Source: Podarcis muralis (taxonomy: Eukaryota). From it: 64,000 nucleotides of DNA. Both the position numbers and the translations under genes were made by a program. The notes under the pieces are model-generated. The model made no database searches, was not told where the DNA came from, and saw only the letters and a program-made list of their open reading frames with translations. How positions within the stretch are numbered: the stretch's first letter is position 1; each line of letters begins with the position of its first letter. This document shows positions 50,142 through 62,879 of this stretch, one piece after another. The stretch lies in assembly GCF_964188315.1 (NCBI RefSeq), contig NC_135656.1:51088001-51152000 (forward strand). Direction: 5' to 3'.

Positions 50142-52092
50142 TAGCACCACAAATTTCAACCATTTTCCTGCTGCTTAAGGTGGAGGGAGTCTTTTGGGCT
50201 CGTATGTCTGGTAAAGCCCTTTAAAAGATTCGATTTTGCACCTGAGTGCCTTTTGTATATGTGGGTGTAATTGCAATTTAGCAACCACCATGGCTACTTC
50301 CAGGAGGTGCATTCTGGTTCCAGCTGTTCCATAAATTGTGGTATCAGCAAAACAAGCCTAACTCTGGCTTGGATGCAAAGAAAAAAAGTTTGCTGTGCAA
50401 TTTTCCATGCCAGCAGAGTGGGATTGGGGGTGGGGTGGGGGGCAGGGAGCATAGTACCAGGCCCAACTGACAGCATCCGAGACTTGGAAAAACAGGAATT
50501 ACATTTCGGCTTCATTCTGTTTCTGAAGCATTGCAACCTATTTTTGGAAAGCAGAGGAAGGCTCACTTCCAAAAGGTTGCCCTGACTGGTGTGTTTTGCC
50601 TGCTAAATGCCTTCCCGTTTCTTTCTTTTTATGAAATATTTTTACACTGGAAAGCAGGGAAGATGGCAAAGTTATCTGAAGCTGAACTCAGAGGAGCTTT
50701 TAAAAGTCTGTTCCAAAGGGAATGGAAGCTGTACAAGACCCTGAATCATTCTCTAGCTTGGGTTTTAATCCCAGCTGGATACGTTTTACCAGCTTCCCGG
50801 GCTCACAAATGCTTTGGGCCACCGGGATGGAGATCTTTCCTGGCCAAGCACAGCCTTTGTCAGCCAGGGGCCAGGGGACCTTTGGCATGGGAAGGTCAAG
50901 CTCCCTGATCTGCGCCTACCAAATCAGGAAGCCCAACTCAGGCTTGCAGACTCTGCACAGCTCTCCGAGATTGTCCTGGCTGCTCTGGCAGGAGCAAACC
51001 CTGAGGTGGAGCAAAATCCTGGCCACTGTCAATGGCCATGTCCCTGCAGCATTCTAAATCTCTCCGTATGCAAGCCATTGGAGCAACCCTCCTGTGTTTC
51101 CAAGACCAAATGGATTGGAAATTCAAGAGAGGAGGGAGAAACAGAATAGCTTATGTACAGCAGAAATGTTTATGTTGGGTGCCCTTCCAACCCTCCCCAA
51201 AGAAGAAGCTTGGGAACGGGGTGGGAGACATCTGACCCACAGGAGTAGCATATTAAGCATGTAGCCCAATGGTTAATATTATGGAGAAATTAGTCCTATC
51301 TGTGTTCCGCCTTTTTAAAAATGGTCACACACAAACGCCCACACCCTTATAATTTGCTTTTTCTGCATCCCACTCACAACAGCATACTAGCGCTTGAATT
51401 TCATTACCAGTGTGGGTATTTGGCTCCTGCTTTCTGTTTCAAATATGCTGCTTTCTGGGAAGCCCTGATTGGTAACATTATACATTGTGGTTTCTGTCGC
51501 CTGAAAAAAAAAATGTTTCCAGTGATCCTCCCCATCCAGCTGCCTCTAGCATTCTTCACAAAACTATAACACATTCAGACTTGAGGCCTTTGATAGGAAC
51601 CAAGGAAGCATTTTTGATTCAGCACGCAAAATATTTTTCTGTGGGGAACAAATGCCATTGGTTCTAGTTTTGCTTCTTATAGCAACACCCAATCAGTTCT
51701 TTCCCTCTTTTTTTTTTAAGTGAAGATTTAGTTTTTTGTGTGGGATTACCTCTGAAACCATTAGGAAAGACTTTGGTATTCAGATTTGAAAAAGTTCTCT
51801 AAATGCTACCATAAAACTGTTTCTGTAATGGAAATCATTCCCTGTTCCTTTCCTCACTGCTCATGTTATAGATGTGCATTTTTTAAAAGACTGAGCAACC
51901 ATTATGAGAACGAGGACACTACTATTATTTAGCCAGCAACACATAGCAGGGGTCTGTGCCTTAAACACTGATATAAACAGGGACTTATCTTGTGTGCTGT
52001 TTCACCTCTTCTATAAGAATGAAGTTTATCAGAGAGTAGGTTTGACCTCGTTCAGATGTGCGCTACAAAATCTTCTTGAAGTTGCAATAGTT

Positions 52093-52333
52093 CAGTGGTA
52101 CCTCAGTTTAAGAACAGTCCTGTTTACAAACGATTTGGTTTATGAACTCCGCAAAACCGAAAGTAGTGTCCCGGTTTGCAACCTTTACCTTGGTGTAAGA
52201 ACGGAATCTGAATGGTGGAAGGGCATCGGCGGCAGGAGGCCTCATTAGGGAAAGCGCGCCTCGGTTTAAGAATGGTTTCGGTTTGAGAACAGAGTTCTGG
52301 AACGGATTAAGTCTGTAAACCAAGGTACCACTA
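52093..52333. mobile_element. Tc1/mariner (Tigger-type) MITE, related to 38741
   Basis: CAGTGGTACCT(C/T)GGTTTA-type ends (CAGTGGTACCTCAGTTTA / AAACCAAGGTACCACTA); internal GGAGGCCTCATTAG core. Confidence 0.85.
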
Positions 52334-55300
52334 TATAGAGTTTTCCTCTAGCTACTTCCGGAGGTGGCTCTGTAGTCTGTAGATCCAAGGCAGCCTTCTT
52401 TGACTGAAGGAAAGTTGGAAATACATGGTATGAAAGATTGTATCTTGCGCAGTTGGCATTCAACAATATTTAGTTCTTTAGGAATATTGGAAAATTCTCT
52501 TTATGAATCATGAAAACTGTTCATGTGCATAACAGCTCAGACCAGTGTAGTCCTGATGTGTTGGTTTTAGTTGAGGGTTATGTTTTCTTATGCCACAGGT
52601 GTTTGTTTGTTTGTTTATTTGTTTGCTTTTAATACCCAGATGGCTCTGGCATTGTTTGGAAATGCAGAAGGTAAGTATTTCAAGCCTTTGACCAATCTAA
52701 TGCCATTTCTTGCTCAGAGCTCTTAGATGCCCAGAATAAAAAACTGCAAACTACTTGAAAAATCCATGGAAACATGAATCTTGGGTTATATACCCTGAAG
52801 TTTTTGCATCATTATTCTCACTCCATTTACACTCTGCTTTAGGGCTAAGCAAAGTTCAAATAAATAGTAGACAAGCCTTTTAAAATGATGGTGAGATGAT
52901 TTAGTATCATTTGACATTTCCAGCAGACCTGGAGGTCACACAATAAGCTAACATCCATCCTAACAGTACCAGGAAACTTCACAGACCAATAAAGTATGAT
53001 GATGTGATAGGATATTGATCATGTAAGGCAGGGATGGGAACCTTTATCAGGTTTGACCTCATCAGTCTCATGATACTTTCATGACATCACATGATTGACA
53101 GGTAGGTTGTCTCACACATTTGTCACCTTATGTGGTGTTCTGCAAAGCTCCATTCAGGGGTTTGAAAAAGGCTTATTTCTCCTCTCGCCCTGGAAGGCAC
53201 ATGCAACCAAAGTGAGCAGACTTTCTAAGGTGCCCTGATTTCAGAGGTTTAAATGAGCAGTGTGAAGTGGCTCCTAAAGGGCTTTGCAAGGTGCCCACAC
53301 AGGAAGGACAAATTATATCAAGCTGTAGATTTATTTATTTTTAATAGCCTTTGTCCTGATTCAGATGCTCAATTTCTGGCTTTCTGAACCTTAGTTCAGT
53401 AGCTGGGGATGAGTGATGAGACCATGTACTCCCTCCTTGCCTCTCCCTGTGATTCTTCCCATTCTTGGTACTTACATCCTGGTTTAATTAAACAACTGTT
53501 GTAGTTTAACATCTGTTTCCTAACCAGGACCTCAAACCTACTTCAGCCTAAAATGGTCATAGGTATATATAGTTTATTTTTACGTCATGAACTTGCAAAA
53601 TACATAACTCTGCTCACAAGCTGTGGTAGAATAAGAGGCTATGCCCTCTTCTGAATGTCCAAGCAACTGTGCAGAATGCTCTACAGATGAAAGGTGGGTT
53701 GGCAGGGAAATTGAAAGAGGGAGACCCCAAGAAAGAGAGCTGAAACAACAAATGAGCTCCTCTAGATTAGCTATGTGTAGTGTCTGCCAAATCTTTCAGG
53801 AAGCAGCTTTTATAAGCAGAACTAAGTTTTCCAAACTCCCTATATCCATGGTGATCTAGAGGCTGTTCCCACCAGTGTTTCATTGAAGGGGCTGGATAGA
53901 ACTGTATGGAAACAAAACTTTGCCCAAAGCCAAAGTTTTTAACTTTGGCTGTGAAATTGCTTTTGTGGAAGCTTAAGCTGAAGACCATGGCGGACTTCCA
54001 AAGGAGAAGATTTAACAGGATAAAAATGTTGAAGTTAGATTGTTATCTGCTTTCTGCCTCCCTCCCATGCTGCGCTGCTTGAGATCCTGTTAGCCTTTTT
54101 TCCATCAGATTTCTTGAACACTCCCTGTAGAATCATGGCAACTTGGGGGGGGGGGCGTGTATTTGTGTTCTTATTCTGCTCAGGCAGAGCTTCAAGTAGA
54201 GTTCAGATGCACACACCACCCCCCAGACCAGTGAAAAGTTGAATCTGAACCATTACTGTCAGAGTGAGGCACTTAACCCTCATGTGCATGACGTGGTAAG
54301 TTTCAATCTTTGGACTTCTTGGTTCATAGTGTTGTCTCTTAGCCACTGCAGCACATCACCTCAGCAGAATAGAATAGTGAGTAGAATTATTAGTACAGCC
54401 TTTCGTTTGCTGCCTGGACTGTCTGGACCCAATTAACTTTGATTTTGTTTGCCATTCCACCTTATGCTGTGTCACAACCATGCAGCCCCTGGCATACATT
54501 TAAAATTGTATTGCATTCTCTCGGAAGGATGTGTCCCTGTAACCAGCACTCACAAGGCCATTTAATTTGATGTTGACAGTAGGCTGCTGTGCCACTCTTG
54601 TGGCAAGCACTCTTTGAAGCTGTAGCCGCATTGCATATCTGCCTATTCCAGGCAACTAATTTTTCCTCCTGGAAAGAGATGGTGTCCATATGTTTAAAAG
54701 TGAACTGGAGGCCAAGCCAGGCAGGGTGTAATTTGAGAGGTGATGAAAAGTGTATTTCTTTCAAAAGTGCAAAAGTGGGATGGGAAGAGAATGGTGAGGA
54801 AATACAGTCACAGTACGTAATTACATTCAAAGGTATAGCAGTGCACTTTCTGCATAGAATGCAGCTTCTGCCAAAAGATAACCTTACTTCCTAAAAAAAG
54901 GTGTAGCCAACTGAATCACTGCCCACCCTGAGTGCTGTACAGGTACAAAGAGGGATGGGACTCACCATCCAACATCTGACAGAAACCCCAGTGATGTGGG
55001 GTAGAAAGTTTTCCCTTTATCCTTAAAAATAAGTTGTTTAATAAAATTGCTTGACAACCTAATAATACAGCAAAATAATTTTTTTAGGCCACCCAGTATG
55101 ACTTAGTACAATGCTTGTTAAATATGAAATCAGAGTTGCAGTTAAACTTTTCCAGGCAACTATCTCTAAGGAGAATATATATTTATGCACATAGCTCTTC
55201 ATGTATGTTAGTATGTTAGCAGCCTTCACTCCTTTGTGATGGGACAAGAACTGATTTAGTTTGAAAACAGCTTGATAATTACCTAGCAGAAAGTTGCCAT

Positions 55301-57015
55301 GTAGGATTTTCCCTAATACTCTCAGATGCTGAAAAAGCAATAACCAAATGAATTGATGTAAGCAAGGAGATTGAGGAAGTTAATGTAATTGGATATTCCT
55401 GTGCAGATTTTTCTGGTGTCTTTGACATTCCCCGCTTGGGATGTGAAGCCTTACCTCTTCATTGGGGAGTGTACCCATACATAGCTTTGCTAGTTTCCTT
55501 CATGTAGCATGCTACCTATTTATCTAATGTCTAAAATGACCCCAGATATTTTTGTTGTAATCGCCAGAAATAGTTTTGCATTCCGACCCATGTATACTTT
55601 GAGCTTTAAATATTAAAAAAAATGTGAGTGGTGGTACTTTGGCTACCCTTTAAATCACGGTACTGATGGGGGACCTTGCAGATATTGTTTGATTCTATCT
55701 CCCATTAGTCCCATTAGCCAACATGAGCAGTGATTAGGGATGATGGAAGCTGTCTTCCAGTGACATGGAGGGCCACAGGTTCAACAACATTTGGGGCTTG
55801 CCATATTGGCTACCGAATCAACTTAGCTAATTGAAATGATTGCCTTTTGGGAAGCAGCTAACTTGTAGTTTCTTAAGGTGACAAACTTGAAATTATTTAA
55901 TAGTTGACTTTGTAAGAAGCGGGCTTTTAAAACAGCTATACATTATTTTGTGATTGAGAGGTTTTAAAAAGCAAATAAACAGAACTCTATCCTTGCCCTT
56001 TGAATGCTCAGATAAGAAGCCTCTTGAGCAGGTATTTTGGTACATGGAACCGTCCAAGGAAGGGAATATAAATGGCTAAATGATTAAAGGAGTTGCAATT
56101 GCAATCTGCCTTGTCTGTCTCTAGAAACTGAAGTTGTTTGTTCTAATGTAGAAGTTCTTCACATATGGCATATGATGCCATTTGTGGTAGATTTACAAAC
56201 CTCACCATTGCTGTGCTCTCCTTTACTCCTATTTCAAAGCTTGGATGCTTAGTCCAGCTCTTTTCAACTGACCAGGATTGCTGCCTTGGAAATCCTCTGT
56301 TGTGGGAATGCAAGTGCTTATAATCCATTTTCAGAACAGCACAAACCTAAATAGCAGCATTTCCACACATTGGCATTGCCCGTTTTAGAAATAAAGATAA
56401 CTTTTTATACCTGAAGCTATTATACTTGCAGATGTCGAATGTAAAATTGAGAACAAGTCAAATCTCATTAGGAATAAGGAAGCATATTTGTATCTTTTAA
56501 AGGACTTGGCTTTGAACTCTTTCCTAAACACAGTGCTGATGTTTCTGTTTCATGGTTTTCTTTCTTGCGGAGTTGTGCTGAAAGTAAATGGCTAAATTGT
56601 ACATTCTTTTTAAAAAAAAAGTATGGGGTCAGTTCATGTTATAAAAATGTGGCCTGAATAATTGGAGGGTGCCTGCCTCTTTCAAGATTGCTCCTTTAAT
56701 ATTTATGTCTCTTGGAAGGTTTTGTGTGTGGGACATTAATGGTTGCCTTTGCAAAGGAAACCGCTGCAAAGGGGAGAAGGCTACTGTGGTGATTTTTTAA
56801 AAAGTGTAACTGCCCTGAGACTTCAGAATAGGGCAGGGCATTGTATATAAATAAAATGCCTGCTCCTTGGAGTGGAGGGAGAAGGAGCAGTAGCATTTCT
56901 ACATCTTAAGATGCTGGCAGAGTTCCTGTATCTGTCACTTCCCCTAGCAGTCAAAGAGAGGAGAAATTTTGTGTATATTTATGACTAGCTGGCTTCTTAC
57001 TAACTCTGCTATATA

Positions 57016-57380
57016 GGTAAAGGTAAAGGTAAAGGTACCCCTGCCCGTACGGGCCAGTCTTGCCAGACTCTGGGGTTGTGCGCCCATCTCACTCAAGAGG
57101 CCGGGGGCCAGCGCTGTCCGGAGACACTTCCGGGTCACGTGGCCAGCGTGACATCGCTGCTCTGGCGAGCCAGAGCCGCACACGGAAACGCCGTTTACCT
57201 TCCCGCTGGTAAGCGGTCCCTATTTATCTACTTGCACCCGGGGGTGCTTTCGAACTGCTAGGTTGGCAGGCGCTGGGACCGAGCAGCGGGAGCGCACCCC
57301 GCTGTGGGGATTCGAACCGCCGACCTTTCGATCAGCAAGCCCTAGGCGCTGAGGCTTTTACCCACAGCGCCACCTGTGTC
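57016..57380 (-). mobile_element. Full-length young Sauria SINE with 13-bp TSD
   Basis: (GGTAAA)3 tail, intact body and B-box, most CpGs retained; TSD ACTCTGCTATATA at 57003-57015 and 57381-57393. Confidence 0.97.
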
Positions 57381-58189
57381 ACTCTGCTATATACCTTTAT
57401 TTAATTTATCAGGTTAAAACACGCAACTGCTCTCTATATACATAAATTGATTAGAATGTTTTTAAATATTTTTAGGAAATTAGAAATATTCATATTTGCA
57501 AGGCTATATTAAAGGCTTGCTTATAACTAAACTATAAACAAATCTTGACGTTATTGGAAATCCCTTGTTTATTTGACTTGTATGCCACTTACTACAACAA
57601 AATCTCCAAACTGTTTGCATAAAGTATGGTATCATGAGCAATAAATAAATAAATATATAATATCAAAATGCATTAGTACCCGGTAAAATATTTCGTGAAA
57701 AATTTCTACAGAAATGTTCCAGCCGTGTGATCAGAAAATAGAGACACAGAAAGGCTGAAGAAATGAGCATGTTTTTCATAGGCATTTAAAACCTACCACA
57801 GTGGAAGCTTCCCAAATAGTGTTCTAGATTCTGAAAGAACCTGCTTTTGTTCTATCACATTGTGACATTCTATAATGGTCTGGCCATCAGAGCCTTCTCT
57901 AAAGGGTGTACAGTTTGTCTGGGTCTGTACAAGGGAAGGTGGTCCTAAATTGTTTTGGCTGTAAAAGTCAGTAACAAAACCTTGAAAATGACTAACAGGC
58001 AGCTGATGCTTTTCTCTTTCTTTAATGCAAGGACACATGTGTACAGTAAGTTGCCTCACTCAGCACTCTAGTGCTGAATTTTGCACGTGCTGGAGCAGGT
58101 GCAAGGATTGTCCCACATATAATGCATTGCCGTAGCCTAATTGTGAGGTTGCCAATGCATAGGCCACAATAGGCAATATTCCTGTACAG

Positions 58190-58325
58190 CAGGGGTGCAC
58201 AACCTGTGGCCCTCCAGATGTTGTTGGACCACACCTCCCACCATCCCTGATCACTGGCTATGCTGGCTGGGGCTGATGGAAGTTGTAGTCCAGAAACATC
58301 TGGAGGGCCGCAGGTTGTGCACCTG
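58190..58325. mobile_element. Palindromic hAT MITE
   Basis: CAGGGGTGCACAACCTGTGGCCCTCCAGATGTT...AACATCTGGAGGGCCGCAGGTTGTGCACCTG; flanks CTGTACAG / CTATACAG (offset by 3 nt). Confidence 0.85.
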
Positions 58326-59739
58326 GTACTATACAGGAAAGGGAATATTTCTTGTGCCAGCTGAAGTTGGTAGTAGGAGTTAGGAGCCACAGATATCATC
58401 ACCTGGGCCTCTTAATGGCTGAGATGGTTCCAGGAGCATGCCTCTTTCTCCAGAGAGAGTGGAACTCCATCCAGAACAGATAAATAACCCAGGTCCTGTA
58501 CCTGGGGACCACTCAACCACAAGATCTTTGTCTTGTCAGGATCCGTTGTCATTAATTAGCCCCACATACAGTAATAAAAATGTGGCACTAATGTTGTTTA
58601 AACTGTATCAGACCAGATTAATTGGTACAGGAAGCATAGCGGTGTGTCTTTCACCAGCTGAAAATGTGAGAGCTGTGTTCTGCTTTCTGTGAGTCCTCAT
58701 AGAGCACTTGTGCTTTTCCTACTCTATTGTCTGCTGCCTTAAAAAACCCCACAAAAGTTTAAAAGAATGCAATATCTCTGGATCAAATAGAAAAGCCATA
58801 ATGTTCATGGATGTGTTGAAGAAATGAACATGCATTACTGTGATTGCTTGTGCAAATGGCTAGAGAGATTAACTGGCCATTTACTCTGATTGCTTGCATG
58901 TTTTATGTGCACATCAATAAGAAAATGTGAGTTATAAATTTTCTTTCAACTCTGGTGACTGAGTGAATCTTGGAGAGACGCCAACCCAATTGCTGTCTGA
59001 GTTCTAAATATAGAAAGAAGCACTGCTGACCCTAGTTACTGGAATATCCAGTTTCTACCAACTGGAAAAATATAATGAAAATTCCATGATGATTTTAGTT
59101 GATGTAGTGGCACATTACATTTTATAATTTGTGGCCACAGAGAATTTGGACCAAAATTATTGTCAATAAAACAAGGGCCCCACCCCCAAGATAATGAAAT
59201 TTGTTCCATTGTGGATATAAGAAAGGGGCCAACATCTTAAACTTTTCCATGAAGGACTTCTTCACAATCTTGCTTGACTTGCTGACAGATTGATTCAAAT
59301 TTCCATGTTCCTTGCTTCAGAACTGCAGCTACGATGGTGGGAAACTTCATATGGGCTGTTGAACTTGGAAGAAAAAGTTGTGAACGCCTTTTCTACTACA
59401 TCATATTTTTTGAAAAGTTACTCCTTTGCTGAACTCCTGTGCAGTTGTCATTCATGCTCTGTACACAGACTCTTCCCTCCCTGGGGTGGTTCAAACATTC
59501 AGGAGTCATCAAATCCAATTGGGGTACAGTCCTGCATGGTGCCATGCAACTTCAGAAGGCAAACAGACGGTCATTAATTTGAAAACACTTGACTATCCTA
59601 ATTTCTTCTTTGAATTTGCAAAACTAGCTCGTTGGGCAAATAGCTTCTAGGCTAGCTGCCCCTCCACCTGTGATAACTCTTACTAGTCAAGAGTTTGGCA
59701 TAAGCATTAGCTCAATTGGACAAGGACAGTTATTTCAGC

Positions 59740-59957
59740 CGGGGCTGGCTCAAGATACTTTGCTGCCTGAGGTTAAGGACAATATGGCACCCTTCCCCAA
59801 GGCACAGACAGAAGCCAGCTGGACTGGTGGAATTCCAATACTGATGAAAGGACAGTTTCTTCTACTGCAGCTGAAGACAGCAGGCTAGTGTAGCAGGCCA
59901 CATGGCACTCCGAGCTCTGTCCTCCTGAGGCAGCTGTCTCACTTAGGGCAGGACCTG
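59740..59957. mobile_element. Possible hAT MITE (GGGCTGGCTC...GGCAGGACCTG)
   Basis: Degenerate termini and subterminal GCTGCCTGAGG / CCTGAGGCAGC. Confidence 0.4.
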
Positions 59958-61056
59958 TCTATAGTAAGCATCTTTGAATGTTTCCGTTGGTCCTCTCTCT
60001 TGGAGTACATACAGTGCATGTGTACATGAAAAGGAGTGTTGGCTTTCTTAGTTCAATGCCACTTACACTGGAGGAACAACTCACATCTTACTTCCATCTC
60101 AAAGTATATACATTCTCACCTTACAAGCATGACAGTTTTGTGGTCACCTATCCAAAAAGGCAGAAAAGAAAATGGAGCAAGCTTTTATGGACTGGGATCA
60201 CCATTGCCTTTTTGTTCCAGCAGGAACTTCCAGACAAAGCAGTTTTACTTGTTATAAGGGGCAGGTGCACTTGTTGCAGGGAGCATCTTGGTATATCTGT
60301 GGCAAAAACTGTAAATCACTGATACACATACTTACAGTCAAGGCTTCCACACATACCTACAGGGGTATTTTAAGGAATACATAGCTGTGGTTTTCACCTT
60401 GGGTTTGCTGCAGGAAACTCCAATATAACTCTGGTGTACCTGCTGCAAACAGGTTTGCTCTGTAGTATGAGTCAACAGATTAGGCTTCCTTCCCTTCTCT
60501 CTCTTTTGTTTATCTTGATTGCTGCTAACTGCTGTTTTATTTCTTATTGGTTTTTTTTTTTTAATGCTAGTTTTTGAGCAACATTAATAGTATTTTTTTA
60601 AAAAGGTGTAGTTGAAAAGGTTTTTTTTTAATAAATAAAAATTCATCGGTTTGCATTTCTATCCTGTCTAATGCACACACACACACCCTGTTCCACTATC
60701 CTTAGTCATAACTAATTTCTGTTGAAATCAACCGGGCAATGTTCCAACAGGGAAGAAGCATTCAACAAATAACACTGTGAACTTGAAAAAAAGAACTAAT
60801 TTATATTTTTAGAGTTTCCACAATCCCTGATGGAATGAATGGCCAGCAATCTAAAATCACAGCTATGAATGAAATTATTTTCATGGGATTATGTTAACGT
60901 GATTTGCCTCTTCTAGTGTAACATTTGCTTTGCCATGTGTCTGAATGCCCTTATGGGATATGTCTGTGCTTGAGCCGCTGAATAAAGATAGCAATCAAGA
61001 AGTTCTTTGAGAAGTGAGGTTCTAATGAACCAGAGGATTACCCAAACAAGCAGTGA

Positions 61057-61194
<138 letters not shown>

Positions 61195-61229
61195 TGATTG
61201 TTGAGATACATTGTTTGCAGCTGGTTCCA

Positions 61230-61345
61230 GTACAGCAGCCTTCCCTGCTCTAGTAACCTCCAGGTGTTTTGGACTACAATTCCCATCATACTCGTGGTCA
61301 TGCTGGCTGGGGCTGTAGTCCCAAACATCTGGAGGGCACCAGGAT
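61230..61345. mobile_element. Palindromic hAT MITE, degenerate, just downstream of exon 4
   Basis: CCTCCAGGTGTTTTGGACTACAATTCCCATCA...TGTAGTCCCAAACATCTGGAGGG. Confidence 0.7.
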
Positions 61346-62010
61346 ACACAGTAAGTCACCTTTTCTGTTTTGTCTTATTATATGCTACCATAGCTTGTGT
61401 TAATGCATTTTCACTTGAGTAAGAACTCATCAACGATGACATTGAATGTTTCTTACTCTGCAGACTTACCCACAGAGTAGTTTTGCTGACATAATGAAGC
61501 ACTTTGGACATTTACAATGCACTACATAAATGCTTAATAACAGTGCTTTTGTCTAGGAAAAGAAGGTGCTGGTACTCACCATGACCCCCCCTTTCTCTCT
61601 CCTGTCCCCCCTCAATTAATTGAAGCCCCACTTTGTGCCCCCCCCCTCACTTCTTCAGTCTCTCCCCCCACCTTACCCTGTCTGCTCTTCACATCCACCC
61701 AGTGTCCTGCCTTCCAGCGTACCATTGAGTCCCATCAGAAAAAAGCGCTTACTAAGATAAATAATAAATGTTGTCGTTGTTTGTTATTTGGAAAAATTCC
61801 TTTTCATGCCAAGTGACAACTGCTCTCATTGTTTCTTGAAGATGATGGCTTTGTTGGTAACCAGCCTCCCTCTGTCAAATGAAAGCAACTGCCTTTAATG
61901 GTTTCAAAGTGTGTTAGGTTAGCCTACTCCCGTTTTGAAATAGCTTAGTTCAAATGGAATCTCACTTGAATATTATTCAGACTGCCTCCTTCAGTCCCAT
62001 TATACTAGTC

Positions 62011-62273
62011 CAAGGGTCAGCAAACTTTTTCAGCAGGGGGCCAGTCCACTGTCCCTCAGACCTTGTGGGGGGCTGGGCTGTACTTTGAAAAGAAAAGAAA
62101 AAAGAACGAATGAATTCCTTCCTATGCCCCATAAATAACCCAGAGATGCATTTTAAATAAAAGGACACATTCTACTCAGGTAAAAACACGCTGATTCGTG
62201 GACCGTCTGCGGGCCAGATTTAGAAGGCAATTGGGCCAAATCCGACCCCCAGGCCTTAGTTTGCCTACCCATG
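62011..62273. mobile_element. hAT MITE (family shared with 36822)
   Basis: CAAGGGTCAGCAAACT...AGTTTGCCTACCCATG; TSD TACTAGTC / TAATAGTC (7/8). Confidence 0.9.
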
Positions 62274-62879
62274 TAATAGTCATTAGAACAGAGATGCTTC
62301 TCAGTTTAGTATGGAAGGAAATAAGAAGCACCTATGGAACAGGGGTGTACACATGTGCATGCTAGTGCAGGAACACATACAAATATTTTTAATTAAAAAC
62401 ACAAATGGCACAGTTCTGCAGGGATGGAATTGGTAGGATTTGCCATGTATAAAAAGCAATTTGTTTTTGATACTAGGGGCTGATGGGATGGAAAAGTCAA
62501 AAGTCTGCATTGGATTCTGCAGAAGGGGAGTGGTGGTGTTGGTCATAGGGATGCTTAAGCCAGAAAAAAGCAGTGTACATTGCCCCATATTTTTGGGGAA
62601 GATATCCCAGCGGTCATTCAATTTATATGATATCACTAATCAAAATTATATTGCAACTGTTTCTTATATTGAATTCTCTAGGTTTTTAACCTTTTGAAGT
62701 TAGAAATGCATTAAATAATTACGATATCATTATCTTCCTACAATCTGGGGAAGTCTCTTTGAAATTGTGTCTGTGTACTTGTTTCGTTTTATCATATGTG
62801 TGTTTTTTGTGTTGGAGTTGCTCTTATAATCTGTTGTAAAATGTGTGTGAAATACATGTATGTGTATATACAATTTTCT

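Noticed and set aside
49192-50144. Cluster of repetitive ORFs on both strands
   Set aside because: Translations of the palindromic MITE interior; no transposase motifs.
55250-55410. Possible ancient CR1 RT remnant (..DFSGVFD)
   Set aside because: Only a few motif residues match; cannot be supported without alignment.
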